This document shows, one piece after another, positions 27,989-37,693 of a stretch of DNA of 64,000 nucleotides; position 1 is the first letter of the stretch, and every line of letters begins with the position of its first letter. Both the position numbers and the translations under genes were made by a program. The notes under the pieces were generated by a model. That model searched no databases and had not been told where the DNA came from. It worked only from the letters and a program-made list of their open reading frames with translations. The stretch lies in the sequence record LR745208.1; one strand, given 5' to 3'.

Positions 27989-29413
27989 TTATTTTTCTCG
28001 GCTTGACGCCGACTTGTGAGCAGAAAGAAGGGATGCCAGACGGATTAGCGTTCTGGCTTCCGATGAGTTGGGTTTCCTACCCAACAGCTCCCCACACTTG
28101 TGGAGGAAGCCGTCAAGGCCACCTGACAAACTGGTTGCCTCAATTTGTAGTGCCACTCTATAGACAGAACGTGGAACAAAAATGCCAAGTTCGTGATTTA
28201 GGGTAGCCACCCGGTCAATAACCTCAGCGTCTTGCTTGGAGGTACTGACGATTTCCCTCAGGGCAGCCATGTACATTCTCGAACTGGCCTGCTTGACAAG
28301 GGTGTCGTTGAGGGCAGCCGAGGATTCCGGGATACTCTTGGCGGGAGGGGAAACCTTATCCCTCAACCGCTTACGAACGTTGTCTAGGATGGAATTGGTA
28401 ACCTCATCCTCCAAGTCCTGGAAGGGGGAGGCTGGTTCTTTGGGTTCGACTGGGACATCTTCTGGAGGTGCCTCCATATCCATCTCGTCGGCTACCACAA
28501 ATGATGACTTGATTGGGGTCTGGTGAGCCGCCTTCAAGTAGGCATCCGAGGGGATCTCTCTAGCAGGCAGGGAAATGACATCATGGATCCTACGGGCCGT
28601 CTTGCCCTTATCATTCTTATCCAGGGTCACGATGTTTCGAGCAACGGCTCCCTTGAAGGCTGGTACCTCTACCCAAGAGGCTTCGATGAAGGTAACACCT
28701 CCCTTGTCAAGTGAGGTATCCCCACAAAGCTCCGCTGTACGATGGCGATGTCCCTGCTCATCATAAAAAGTGTTACCTTTCATATACTTAATGCAGTCGC
28801 ACATTTCTGTCTCGTCCGCGGCCCAATGCCCGCATTTTGTGCACGAGCTTCCGTCGATGCTGCAACCCATGGATAACGTTGACATTTTCCCGGATTCAAT
28901 GTCCTTAATGAGCTCTGTATGCTTCCGATTGGTAGCCACAAGAATGTCAATGTAGATGCTTGGCCCAATGTCTCTAGCAACAGCATCTAGGATGCGCCCC
29001 TTCGAGTGTTCTTCCATTTGACAGTGCTCCAGGAAATTGTGAGCACCAATGAACGTAGGGTACGATGCCAGGAGAACTGGACGAGACCAGCTATCCAAAT
29101 TTGAGTTTATGAATTGGTCACACTCAGGTTTGATCCTGAAGGATGACGTCTTGCGGACAACCTTCTTCCCCTCAAAGGTGCCGGATCCAGTCTTCACTCC
29201 GGGGACCGGGTAAGTATCCACCGAGGATACAATTGTGCAATGTGCCAAGGCAAACTTGGAGGGATCGAAATCCTCATGCAAAATCTTGGATGCTTGGGTA
29301 ACCAAACTCCGATCAAGCCTAGACTGTCCACCGGCAATACGGATATTGTCCCAGCCCCCATCATTAAGGCGGGTAGGGGTGCCCTGAGCATAGGCGTATT
29401 TCATCATAGGCAT
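27989..29413 (-). CDS. prohead maturation protease
   Basis: NSNLDSW...FIGAHNFLEH...GRILDAV...LSMGC...FIEASWVEVPAFKGA resembles assemblin/HK97-type proteases; CTKC...CDC Zn motif; gene position upstream of the scaffold. Confidence 0.7.
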   Translation of the reverse strand: MPMMKYAYAQGTPTRLNDGGWDNIRIAGGQSRLDRSLVTQASKILHEDFDPSKFALAHCTIVSSVDTYPVPGVKTGSGTFEGKKVVRKTSSFRIKPECDQFINSNLDSWSRPVLLASYPTFIGAHNFLEHCQMEEHSKGRILDAVARDIGPSIYIDILVATNRKHTELIKDIESGKMSTLSMGCSIDGSSCTKCGHWAADETEMCDCIKYMKGNTFYDEQGHRHRTAELCGDTSLDKGGVTFIEASWVEVPAFKGAVARNIVTLDKNDKGKTARRIHDVISLPAREIPSDAYLKAAHQTPIKSSFVVADEMDMEAPPEDVPVEPKEPASPFQDLEDEVTNSILDNVRKRLRDKVSPPAKSIPESSAALNDTLVKQASSRMYMAALREIVSTSKQDAEVIDRVATLNHELGIFVPRSVYRVALQIEATSLSGGLDGFLHKCGELLGRKPNSSEARTLIRLASLLSAHKSASSREK

Positions 29414-29415
29414 GG

Positions 29416-30081
29416 CTAGTATGCCGTCTTCTTTCCATCCCGTGCCTTGATCCTGGCCTCTGCATCCTTCTTGGCGTCCCTCTCATTAGGCCAGAACTGA
29501 ATGTTCTTACCATGATGGATAAGCCTCACGGTGTTTTCCAGATCGACAATCAGGTCTATATCCTGTAGGTGAGGACCGTCATTCGGCTGTGGGTCAATCA
29601 CAGCCCACACATTGGCCATAGCCCCCGCTGCGGTCTTCAGGTCACACCGCACGGCCGTCTTGTCGGACTTACTTTCATCTGAAATGGCTTCCCTGAAGTT
29701 CTTCAGGAGCCGTGCGTGGTCCTTTTCCCAGAATGCTAGCTCACTCTTGGCGGATTCCACCTGAGGATGCTCCGACATAGGAATGTACTTCTTGACTACA
29801 GGCGAAAACACCTGGACAACATGGAGTGTGGCGCCATCAACAGACTCCTGAGGCTGGGTCCGCGGAGGGTTACTTAGAAGCAACTGGAGTTGCTTCTTCA
29901 GGCCAACATCTTTGACAATCTTCAACTCTTGGGAAGCGGTCTTCTCCAGAGCATCCGATAGGAGGTCGCACCGTTGGGCGAAGTCCATGGCGACCTTCTC
30001 AGAGATCCCAAGGGATTCGTGATTCTCCTGGAAGAGAGAGGCAATGTTATCCAAACTGGCTGTGATGGTGCGGAGGTTCAT
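29416..30081 (-). CDS. head-associated protein, paralog of 31540..32118
   Basis: Shared TAxLDNxAxLFQxxHxSLGIxxKVAMDFAxRCDLLSD. Confidence 0.7.
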   Translation of the reverse strand: MNLRTITASLDNIASLFQENHESLGISEKVAMDFAQRCDLLSDALEKTASQELKIVKDVGLKKQLQLLLSNPPRTQPQESVDGATLHVVQVFSPVVKKYIPMSEHPQVESAKSELAFWEKDHARLLKNFREAISDESKSDKTAVRCDLKTAAGAMANVWAVIDPQPNDGPHLQDIDLIVDLENTVRLIHHGKNIQFWPNERDAKKDAEARIKARDGKKTAY

Positions 30082-30104
30082 GGGGTCCTATGTTGGGACT
30101 GCCT

Positions 30105-30117
30105 ATAGGCAGGCTAG
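30105..30117 (-). promoter_or_regulatory. ATAG-N5-CTAG candidate late promoter
   Basis: Upstream of the 30081 start (head operon). Confidence 0.45.
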
Positions 30118-30947
30118 TCCCCCTCCTGAAGGGCAAACAGTGTGTCAGCTAGGTCTGGGTCGTCCGCAGCCCGGAGGAACAGGTCTAGGTACTTCTTCGT
30201 TTGATAGGCGGCTGCCTTCATTTCCTTCTCAGGGATCAGACCGAATCCCATTCGTTGGTTATAGGCACGACGAGATTCAGACATATGTCGTTTAGCCTCC
30301 TCAGAAGCTTTCATCCCACGGCGAGCCTCGGATATTTTCCTCCGATTCTCCTCTGTTCTGGGTTGCTTGTGTTTGGTAACAACTCCCTGTGCCCTACGTC
30401 CCTCAAACAAGGTTATCCTCGATCCCGATATTTTTCTCTTAGACTCCTCAGTGTGGCCCTTGCCCAGATGGGATACCCGACTTTTCTCTTTAGCCTCCTC
30501 AGTACAAGGAGGTCCTTTCCTTCCAGTAAGGGTCTTTGACACCTTTAGCCGGGTATCAAGAGGCAGGGGCTTTCCTCGTCTCAGTACTGCAAGCTTTTCC
30601 CGGGTCTCCTTTGAAACCTCACAGGAACCGTCCGGATTGACTTTTCTCAGGTTGTAGCCATGGTCCCTGTCGTGTGCTTGATACAGGTCACAGTAATGGC
30701 CCTCTCGCCTGGAAAGATCCTTACTATCGGCCACCATCTCCAGGATTTCAAACCCGAAAGCCTTTTCTCCATACCTTACCCAAGCGGATTGGAGGTGGAA
30801 ATTGTAATGATATCCACCATTTAGGCTCTCTCTGTGATGTTTCCATCGAAACGGGATGTCTTTGGATTGACCCACATAGGTCTTACCAGAATCCTTGTGG
30901 AAGATCCGATAAATTCCCTGAATTGGGTTCTTGCTACCCCTACTCAC
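30114..30947 (-). CDS. GIY-YIG homing endonuclease with NUMOD3 repeats
   Basis: QGIYRIFHKDSGKTYVGQS, RWKHH, GYN; repeated SEETREK-like motifs; GTG start at 30947 inferred. Confidence 0.85.
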   Translation of the reverse strand: MSRGSKNPIQGIYRIFHKDSGKTYVGQSKDIPFRWKHHRESLNGGYHYNFHLQSAWVRYGEKAFGFEILEMVADSKDLSRREGHYCDLYQAHDRDHGYNLRKVNPDGSCEVSKETREKLAVLRRGKPLPLDTRLKVSKTLTGRKGPPCTEEAKEKSRVSHLGKGHTEESKRKISGSRITLFEGRRAQGVVTKHKQPRTEENRRKISEARRGMKASEEAKRHMSESRRAYNQRMGFGLIPEKEMKAAAYQTKKYLDLFLRAADDPDLADTLFALQEGD

Positions 30948-30951
30948 AGGC

Positions 30952-31533
30952 TCACACCACCAAATCACAATCACGTATCAAAAAAAGACAGCTTGGGCAG
31001 ACCCATAGTTTCACGGATTTCCCCTGTTCCCTCTTATATGAGACTCTTCTTAGCAGATTTTCCTCACATCTGGGACAGCAGAAATCTCCGGTCTCAATCT
31101 CTTCCCGGGTAGGCTTGTACTGCCTGTCCTTGGATGCCCAATAGACAGCCTGCTTGATATAGGCTGAAGCCACCCTATGGGCCTTGTCCCGAATCCCGGG
31201 CCCTCCAGATACAGATACGGTTCCTGCCCCCCCTGGCACATTCGTAATGGCAATGTCTATGGCTGCCTCCTCATTCTTTTCGTGACTGATCACCAGTTCT
31301 TCTACTGGGTACCTAGCAGTCCCGTAGGGGAAAACCAAATCTACCATGCCGATGGCTGGCCAGACCGCTACAACAGTTCCCCCATTGGCGTCACTTCCTC
31401 CGATGATGGGGAATGCACAGTCACCAATGTGGAAAGCCGTAGCCCGGCCTTGATAATCAACGAAGCTCTTCTTACGAGTAGTCACTGTGGAAAACCCTTC
31501 TATGGCCCGATGGGATCCACCAAGGCCACCCAC
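30952..31533 (-). CDS. SH3-like + zinc-ribbon protein
   Basis: GTVVAVWPAIGMVDLVF; CPRC...CPSC; the true start may be about 16 codons downstream. Confidence 0.65.
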   Translation of the reverse strand: MGGLGGSHRAIEGFSTVTTRKKSFVDYQGRATAFHIGDCAFPIIGGSDANGGTVVAVWPAIGMVDLVFPYGTARYPVEELVISHEKNEEAAIDIAITNVPGGAGTVSVSGGPGIRDKAHRVASAYIKQAVYWASKDRQYKPTREEIETGDFCCPRCEENLLRRVSYKREQGKSVKLWVCPSCLFLIRDCDLVV

Positions 31534-31539
31534 CAGAGA

Positions 31540-32118
31540 CTACTTGTCTGAGAACAGGCCAAACAGCTCGGAGGCCTTCTTGGCTGCTTCGACTGACTCG
31601 TCCTCTTCGGTCTCGTCCTCATCGGCCTTCTTGGCAGCTTCCTTCTTCTCTTCTGGCTTGTCTTCCTTCTTGTCAGCCTTCTCGGCCTTCTCATCGTTGA
31701 TCTTCTGCAACGCTGGAGGAAGCTCGCCTGCTGCCTTCAGGAAGGCCTTTGCCGCCTCAACCACCGAAGCCAGCTTAGGGTCGGCAACATGACTTGTTGC
31801 ATTACCCGCGAGCTCGCCACCCTCTTGCTTGTCCGACAGTGCGTGGAAACGCTCCTGTGTGAACTCGCCTGCCATGAAGGGGTTGTTTGGGTCCGAGACG
31901 GCTGGTCCTGGGACTTCCTCACCGATCACAGATGGGTCAAAACCCGCCTTCTTGCCGATTGAGTCCGAAAGCAGGTCACACCGATAGGCGAAGTCCATCG
32001 CCACCTTGGTCGGAATACCAAGGCTCTTGTGGTGATTCTGGAACAGATCCGCAAGGTTGTCGAGGTTTGCTGTTACGCGGCGGGCACCGTTCTTGGTTGC
32101 CATTTTCTTTGTGGTCAT
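31540..32118 (-). CDS. head-associated protein with a scaffold-like acidic tail
   Basis: Paralog domain shared with 29416..30081; KAAGELPPALQKINDEKAEKA identical to a segment of the scaffold. Confidence 0.7.
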   Translation of the reverse strand: MTTKKMATKNGARRVTANLDNLADLFQNHHKSLGIPTKVAMDFAYRCDLLSDSIGKKAGFDPSVIGEEVPGPAVSDPNNPFMAGEFTQERFHALSDKQEGGELAGNATSHVADPKLASVVEAAKAFLKAAGELPPALQKINDEKAEKADKKEDKPEEKKEAAKKADEDETEEDESVEAAKKASELFGLFSDK

Positions 32119-32200
32119 TGTGAATCCTTGATTGGTCGAGATGCCAAATGGTGAGATACAACCCACCGTGTACACAATAGGTGTGGGTGGGATAGGGAAA

Positions 32201-33709
32201 CTAATCGAGGAACCGGTCCTGCCACCTGGAAGCTACCGTGGCGGGAAGTGCCTCCAGGTAGGTCGTGGCGACCTTATCCGGGTCCGGAGGTGGTTCCTTG
32301 GTCTCATTTGGGTCTATGTCGATCCGCTTCTTCCGCAAGTCATCTCGGGGGGGCTTCAGCTTTGGGCTTGGTTTGACTAACTCCCCAATGGCATCATCCT
32401 CCCGCTCTGCGGGAGTCTTGGTGGCTTGCTTGAGAGACTTGATGACTGTTCCGTCCTTTTGGTACGCCTCAGAAAGTCCAGGAACAAGATACGAGTCCCC
32501 CAACATTTTGGGGGTATGACCAACGATTTCTGAAACAGTTTCAAGGACTTCCTTAAACTCCTTCTTCAGGAGTTCCTCTCGTTCCTTCTTATCCTTTGGC
32601 AGGCTGGGCCCTTTGGACCTCTTGGCCTTGAGGGCCTTGCACATTTCGTCATTGGCCCGGTAGCCACGGATATCCTTGGCAGTCACGTCAAACTTCTTCA
32701 GGTAGGCGTTGACATCCTCTGCTGTGACTGTGGTGTCACCATCTTCCAGTAACCTGTCCCCACCCTTTTTCCCCTCCAGAAGGGGTTTCATGGCTGCCAC
32801 AATGGATGCGTCATCCACAGTTTTCTCGTGGTCTACACCTGATTTGCCGGTGTAGGTGATGGTGGCAGTATTGCCCTTGATGGAAATGTGCGATTTTTCC
32901 CATCCAGTGACGCCATAATGGCCATCTTCTGCACTACCAGAATTTCCAACACGTTCCAGCGTGTGGTCCATGAGGGCCACCGCTAGGGCGACCATCTTCT
33001 TATGGGGGTCCTTGCTCTTCATGTCCTTCTTGACACAAGACCTCAGGTCTCCGATGCCCTTCCGTAGCTTCTCTACCTGGGTGGCCTTTTCCTTGTCCCG
33101 GTTGGCCAGTTGCTTCTCACTGTAGACATAGACCGTAGCCTCATCCCCGTCTTTGGTCTTGACCTTCTTCTTCTCTTGATACTTGGCGGCCACATTCCTG
33201 GCCGAGGGAGCATCTATTGGGTGGGCTGCCACGGTAATCAGATGAGGGAAGCATGCCTTGCCCTGTGACTCCACGGCGTCTACAAACGACCTCAAGTGCT
33301 GCATCCGGTCCTCCCAGATGGAAACCCCGCGAATCGTCGGGTACTCCCTTAACAGCTCGTTAATAGCCTTGATCTTGTACTCCTCAGTAGGACCACCAGA
33401 AGACATGTAGATATGGTGGAACTTGATTCCTGCCTGAGCCAGCAGCTCCTTTATCCGAAGGGAGAACCCGGCCTTCCGTCGACCGGTAACTAACACAGAG
33501 ATCACATCCGGGTTCTCGAATGCCTCCTTGGCCTTCTCCACCACCGAGACATTCCACCAGCCCCTCCCAGGCTTATCTGGCACGAAGGGAGGGTAGAGGG
33601 ACTTGGAGCTAGTCCACCACTGGGCGGGATCTTCCCCCTGTGGTGGCTCAGGACTGAGGAACAGGGTCCCATCGAAGTCAAAGAAGGCCAGCGTTATTGG
33701 GGCTGACAT
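32201..33709 (-). CDS. HAD phosphatase (Swiss-Army-knife RNA-repair-like) fused to DNA topoisomerase IB
   Basis: FFDFDGTLF, VTGR, K, IWEDR (HAD motifs I-IV); ERVGN, TGKSG, AKDIRGY, VGHT, DSYL (TopIB R-K-R-H-Y pentad). Confidence 0.85.
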   Translation of the reverse strand: MSAPITLAFFDFDGTLFLSPEPPQGEDPAQWWTSSKSLYPPFVPDKPGRGWWNVSVVEKAKEAFENPDVISVLVTGRRKAGFSLRIKELLAQAGIKFHHIYMSSGGPTEEYKIKAINELLREYPTIRGVSIWEDRMQHLRSFVDAVESQGKACFPHLITVAAHPIDAPSARNVAAKYQEKKKVKTKDGDEATVYVYSEKQLANRDKEKATQVEKLRKGIGDLRSCVKKDMKSKDPHKKMVALAVALMDHTLERVGNSGSAEDGHYGVTGWEKSHISIKGNTATITYTGKSGVDHEKTVDDASIVAAMKPLLEGKKGGDRLLEDGDTTVTAEDVNAYLKKFDVTAKDIRGYRANDEMCKALKAKRSKGPSLPKDKKEREELLKKEFKEVLETVSEIVGHTPKMLGDSYLVPGLSEAYQKDGTVIKSLKQATKTPAEREDDAIGELVKPSPKLKPPRDDLRKKRIDIDPNETKEPPPDPDKVATTYLEALPATVASRWQDRFLD

Positions 33710-33713
33710 TGGT

Positions 33714-34118
33714 TTAGCCACCACCACAAATGTGGTATGCTCGACGGTGGTACCGCTCCGCCATGCTGGCCAGTCGTGACTCCTCTGTCATTTCGCGGAG
33801 ATCAAAACACTCCCCAGCCATGTCTTTACGGATCTCCCGCAGATCCTGTGCAATCTCCAGAGGGTCCTCTTCATCAATCCACCGGCTCTGTAAGTCCCTG
33901 ACCACATCTGCCTTGCCCTCAATGATGTCCAGCCACTTGCCCCCCGTATCCAGGGACATGGCCTCCTCGAATAAGGCTTCAATGGTAAGGAAATGCTTCC
34001 GAATGCAGTCCGAGCACCTTTTGCGCTCATTGTTGAGGTGATCCTCTAACAGGGCTGACTGCTTGCAGATTTCCCTCAGGTTATAGAGAGGATGCATAAT
34101 TGGGAGGAGATCCGGCAT
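33714..34118 (-). CDS. conserved Cys/His helical protein
   Basis: LYNLREICKQSALLEDHL...RCSDCIRKHFLTIEALFEEA. Confidence 0.7.
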   Translation of the reverse strand: MPDLLPIMHPLYNLREICKQSALLEDHLNNERKRCSDCIRKHFLTIEALFEEAMSLDTGGKWLDIIEGKADVVRDLQSRWIDEEDPLEIAQDLREIRKDMAGECFDLREMTEESRLASMAERYHRRAYHICGGG

Positions 34119-34171
34119 ACTACCAGAGGGGAGGGAATAGGACGATTAGGTCCCTGGATACCGGATCCAAC

Positions 34172-35866
34172 CTAAAATCTACCCTCTTCTTCTTTCTTGG
34201 GGGTGTACTTGACCCCAAGTGTGGTTGCAATTTTCTGGACTGCGTCGCTGTTCTCAGCCAGAGATTGGCCCAAAGCCCCGTAGAGGGCCCGAAGGATCTC
34301 ATTGAAGCTGGAGTCATTCAGGGTGAACAGATCTCGCTTGAGCTTCTCGGCTGTGGTGTGTGGGTCCAGGTTCAAAAGTTCCAGGATGACATCAATATCC
34401 AGGGAGCCCTTGTTGTACAGGTTGAACAGAGCATCGAAGGTGTCCGCATTGTCCCGAAGGGCAAGTCTGGTGAAGGACATGGTTGGGCAGATGACCACTT
34501 CATTCTCGTCATCATCCAACTCAATGAACCCCATTCGGCGACACATTGGCTCCAGGATGTTCTGTTCCACAAAATCCTGAAGCACCTCCCTCAGGAGCAT
34601 GTACCGGGTATTGATGACCTCCAAGTTAATTCGGTCACCCGAGTAGCTGGACTCCCCAGACAGGAGAGACTCCGTCACCCCCAGGCCTGCGTACATTTGC
34701 CTGTCGGTCATTTCGTATTCCGACGAGAGTTCCAGCAACCGTCCCTGGCTGCCCATCTCCTCCCAATGAACCTCAAAATTCGTGACTATAGAGTAGTCTG
34801 GATCCTGGAGGGCCAACTCGACCTGATCCCTCAGGGCGTCCACGTCTGTGGATGACCCATCCTCCACCCACACAAGGCGGATAGGGGTCATATGCCTATC
34901 GGAGATCATACTCTGACTCTGGCGTAACTTATCGCGATACACGAGCACTCGGAGGCATCTCTCCAGAATGGAGTGCCCACGGGGCTCATACTGTGACTTC
35001 TTGCGTGCCAAGTAGGACACGAAGCTACCCGCATTGGGGTCCGTGTTCAGAGGGATGTTGCTCCCACCACGAATGGCATTCACGACACCCTCTGGCATGG
35101 ACTTGACGATCCTGGCTGCCTGCTCGTCTCCCCCGTCCGCCTTCTGGACAATGTCCCGGGTCTTGCTGTCTGGAATGAGCTCTATGAGCTTTTCATCCGT
35201 AAATGGGAAGCTCTCCATGTGAATTTGCTCCGGAGGCAGAACCCGAATGGCTGTCCATCCCTTGTAATTCTTCCGGAGCCACTTTTCCATACGGGCATTG
35301 GCGTCCTCCCGACGCACACTCTGTTCTACGGGATTGCCATCCTCATCAAGCACCCTATGTAGCTCGTGTGTGACACTCTCGGGCATGTCCGGGGAGGCGT
35401 CCTCACAGAAGATGTTAACCTCTCCCAGGAGGTTGTAGTCATGGACAACCTCAATGAGACGGTGCAAAAACCCTATCTTCTTGGACCATCTAGTACAGAA
35501 GTCCAAGGACCTCTTAGCCAACTCCTGATTTTTGGCCTTAGGCATCCCGAGTCTAACCTTGGAAAGTGGCAGCTCAGTATGGAGATCAATTGCCTGTCCT
35601 ACGAAGGGGTCGGTCTCATAGAAGAATCGGAAATAATTGCGCTTTTCGTCTTGAGACTGTGGTAGCTCCAGGAAGTCAGTGGATAGCTCTGGCGAGTAGA
35701 AGTTCCCCGCCGTAGACCCGCTGGAGGAACCCGTGCTGGGGAAGGCTACCTTCGAAATCATCGCATGCTTGCGGACCTTGGAGGGCAGGCCCACCTGTAC
35801 CGAGCGAGATTTCTTGGGGGGAAGCCTCTTTACTTCCTTAGCACCCTCATTTTTTGTATCAGCCAT
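34172..35866 (-). CDS. portal protein
   Basis: 564 aa; FFYETDPFVGQAIDLHTELPLS, YNLLGE, PRGHSILERCLRVL...KLRQSQ pattern; position in the packaging module. Confidence 0.8.
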   Translation of the reverse strand: MADTKNEGAKEVKRLPPKKSRSVQVGLPSKVRKHAMISKVAFPSTGSSSGSTAGNFYSPELSTDFLELPQSQDEKRNYFRFFYETDPFVGQAIDLHTELPLSKVRLGMPKAKNQELAKRSLDFCTRWSKKIGFLHRLIEVVHDYNLLGEVNIFCEDASPDMPESVTHELHRVLDEDGNPVEQSVRREDANARMEKWLRKNYKGWTAIRVLPPEQIHMESFPFTDEKLIELIPDSKTRDIVQKADGGDEQAARIVKSMPEGVVNAIRGGSNIPLNTDPNAGSFVSYLARKKSQYEPRGHSILERCLRVLVYRDKLRQSQSMISDRHMTPIRLVWVEDGSSTDVDALRDQVELALQDPDYSIVTNFEVHWEEMGSQGRLLELSSEYEMTDRQMYAGLGVTESLLSGESSYSGDRINLEVINTRYMLLREVLQDFVEQNILEPMCRRMGFIELDDDENEVVICPTMSFTRLALRDNADTFDALFNLYNKGSLDIDVILELLNLDPHTTAEKLKRDLFTLNDSSFNEILRALYGALGQSLAENSDAVQKIATTLGVKYTPKKEEEGRF

Positions 35867-36195
35867 TAGCTGTCACCGTCATCCTCACTACTGTCTACAG
35901 AGGCAGCAATAGGCAGGTTCTGGACTGGGGGCGTTACAGCCCTTGGAGTCACAGGTGATTCCAACTCAGGCTCCCCTCCCAGGACTCTTATCCTACGTAC
36001 AGAAGAGATAGCATCCAGGATCTTCCCCAGGTCCCTACGGGTAGCCCGCGTCCGCCTCTGTTGCAGGATATCCTCCTGCCTATTTGGCTCACAAAGCTTC
36101 ACACAAGCGAGAACCAATCTCTCTGCGGCCATCATTTTCTCTGCAATCTGGCGATCAAGTGGATTGCTCGATTGGGATGCTCGAAACCTGCCCAT
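35866..36195 (-). CDS. hypothetical protein
   Basis: Within ORF 35866..36285; probable start MGRFRAS at 36195; its stop overlaps the portal ATG. Confidence 0.55.
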   Translation of the reverse strand: MGRFRASQSSNPLDRQIAEKMMAAERLVLACVKLCEPNRQEDILQQRRTRATRRDLGKILDAISSVRRIRVLGGEPELESPVTPRAVTPPVQNLPIAASVDSSEDDGDS

Positions 36196-36284
36196 AGCCC
36201 ACTCTACCGGGCATTTCCCCTGTTTGCACCATGGGATGCAACTGTGGGTTGAAATATTCTGTCTATAGCATTGCATTACATACA

Positions 36285-36440
36285 ATGCGAAAGATTCCCA
36301 CTGCCTTCACGCTCGACCAACTCCTTATTGACTGGCTCAAGGCTGAGTCAATAAGGAGGGATATCACGATGTCCAAAATTGTCCGTGAACTGCTGATCCG
36401 TGAGATGGCTGCCCAACAGCCCCCGAAGGTACCCACCTAA
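36285..36440 (+). CDS. ribbon-helix-helix (CopG-like) protein upstream of TnpB
   Basis: MRKIPTAFTLDQLLIDWLKAESIRRDITMSKIVRELL; its stop lies 1 nt before the tnpB ATG. Confidence 0.7.
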   Translation: MRKIPTAFTLDQLLIDWLKAESIRRDITMSKIVRELLIREMAAQQPPKVPT

Positions 36441-36441
36441 C

Positions 36442-37683
36442 ATGGTATTGCGAGCCTATAAGGTGGAATTGGACCCCAACGACCGGCAACGGACGGACTT
36501 CCTCCGTCACTCCGGGGCCGTTCGGTTCATCTACAATTGGGGCCTCGCCACAATCAAACAGGACTACGAAACCAAGAAGGCCCAGACCCCTCCGGGTGAG
36601 AAGGTCAAAAATACCATATGTCCCCTGGACCTGAGTGCCAAGTTGCCTACCATGAAGGCCGGAGGCTTCCCTTGGTTGAAAAATGTTACAGCCCAATCCC
36701 TTCAACAGGCACTCCATCACTTAGATGCCGCCTACCAGGGGTTCTTCCGTCGAGTGAAGGCAGGTAAGACCCCAGGCTACCCACACTTCAAGAAACGGGG
36801 GGTGTCACGCAATTCTTTTCAGTTCCCACAAAATGTGGTGGTGACCAATACCCATGTCAAGCTCCCAAAGATCGGTCAAGTGCGGTTGGCCCGGCACGGC
36901 TATATCCCCACAGACCTAACCCCCAAGACCACCACAATCAGTGAACGAGCGGGTAGGTGGTTCGTGACAGTCCTGATGGAGGTTGGGGAACTCCCGAAGG
37001 TGGTTCCGACTGGTGGGGTGTTGGGGATCGATTTGGGGATCAAGACGTTAGTGGTCCTGTCGGAAGGGACCGTTTACGAGAACCCCAAGCACCTTGAACG
37101 AACCCAACGAAAACTAACACATTTACAACGGAAACTGGCCCGCCAGCAGAAAGGTTCCAACAGAAGGGCAAGGACCAAGGCAAGAATTGCCAAGGTCCAC
37201 GCCAGGATTGCAAATCAACGGGCAGACAGCATCCACAAGATGACCAGTGAGATCGTGAAAACCAAACGACCCACTGCGATTGTCATTGAGGACCTGAATG
37301 TCTCTGGAATGACCAAGAACCACAGTCTAGCTAGGTCGGTATCGTCAGCTTCTTTTGGGGAAATCCGACGACAACTCACCTACAAGACTGAGTGGTATGG
37401 GGTCCAGTTGGTGGTGGCAGACAGGTTCTTCCCATCCAGTAAGACCTGCTCTAAGTGTGGTGCAGTGAAGGACAAATTGTCCCTGGGGGATAGGACCTTC
37501 GTATGCGAGTCCTGTGGGCACACCCAAGATAGAGACTTGAATGCGTCCATGAACCTTCGTTCGTGGGGTGTAGCTTTTCTGGCCGGGGGAACCCCGGCAA
37601 CTGCTCGTGGAGGGGATGTAAGACCTGAAGCAATTCAGGCAAACTCCGTTGAAACGAGAACTGACCTGAGGATTGCCTCGTGA
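36442..37683 (+). CDS. tnpB: RNA-guided endonuclease TnpB (IS200/IS605 family)
   Basis: HTH AYKVELDPN; RuvC GIDLG, IEDL, DRDLNA; CSKC...CESC; all catalytic residues present. Confidence 0.95.
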   Translation: MVLRAYKVELDPNDRQRTDFLRHSGAVRFIYNWGLATIKQDYETKKAQTPPGEKVKNTICPLDLSAKLPTMKAGGFPWLKNVTAQSLQQALHHLDAAYQGFFRRVKAGKTPGYPHFKKRGVSRNSFQFPQNVVVTNTHVKLPKIGQVRLARHGYIPTDLTPKTTTISERAGRWFVTVLMEVGELPKVVPTGGVLGIDLGIKTLVVLSEGTVYENPKHLERTQRKLTHLQRKLARQQKGSNRRARTKARIAKVHARIANQRADSIHKMTSEIVKTKRPTAIVIEDLNVSGMTKNHSLARSVSSASFGEIRRQLTYKTEWYGVQLVVADRFFPSSKTCSKCGAVKDKLSLGDRTFVCESCGHTQDRDLNASMNLRSWGVAFLAGGTPATARGGDVRPEAIQANSVETRTDLRIAS

Positions 37684-37693
37684 GTGTCAGGGT

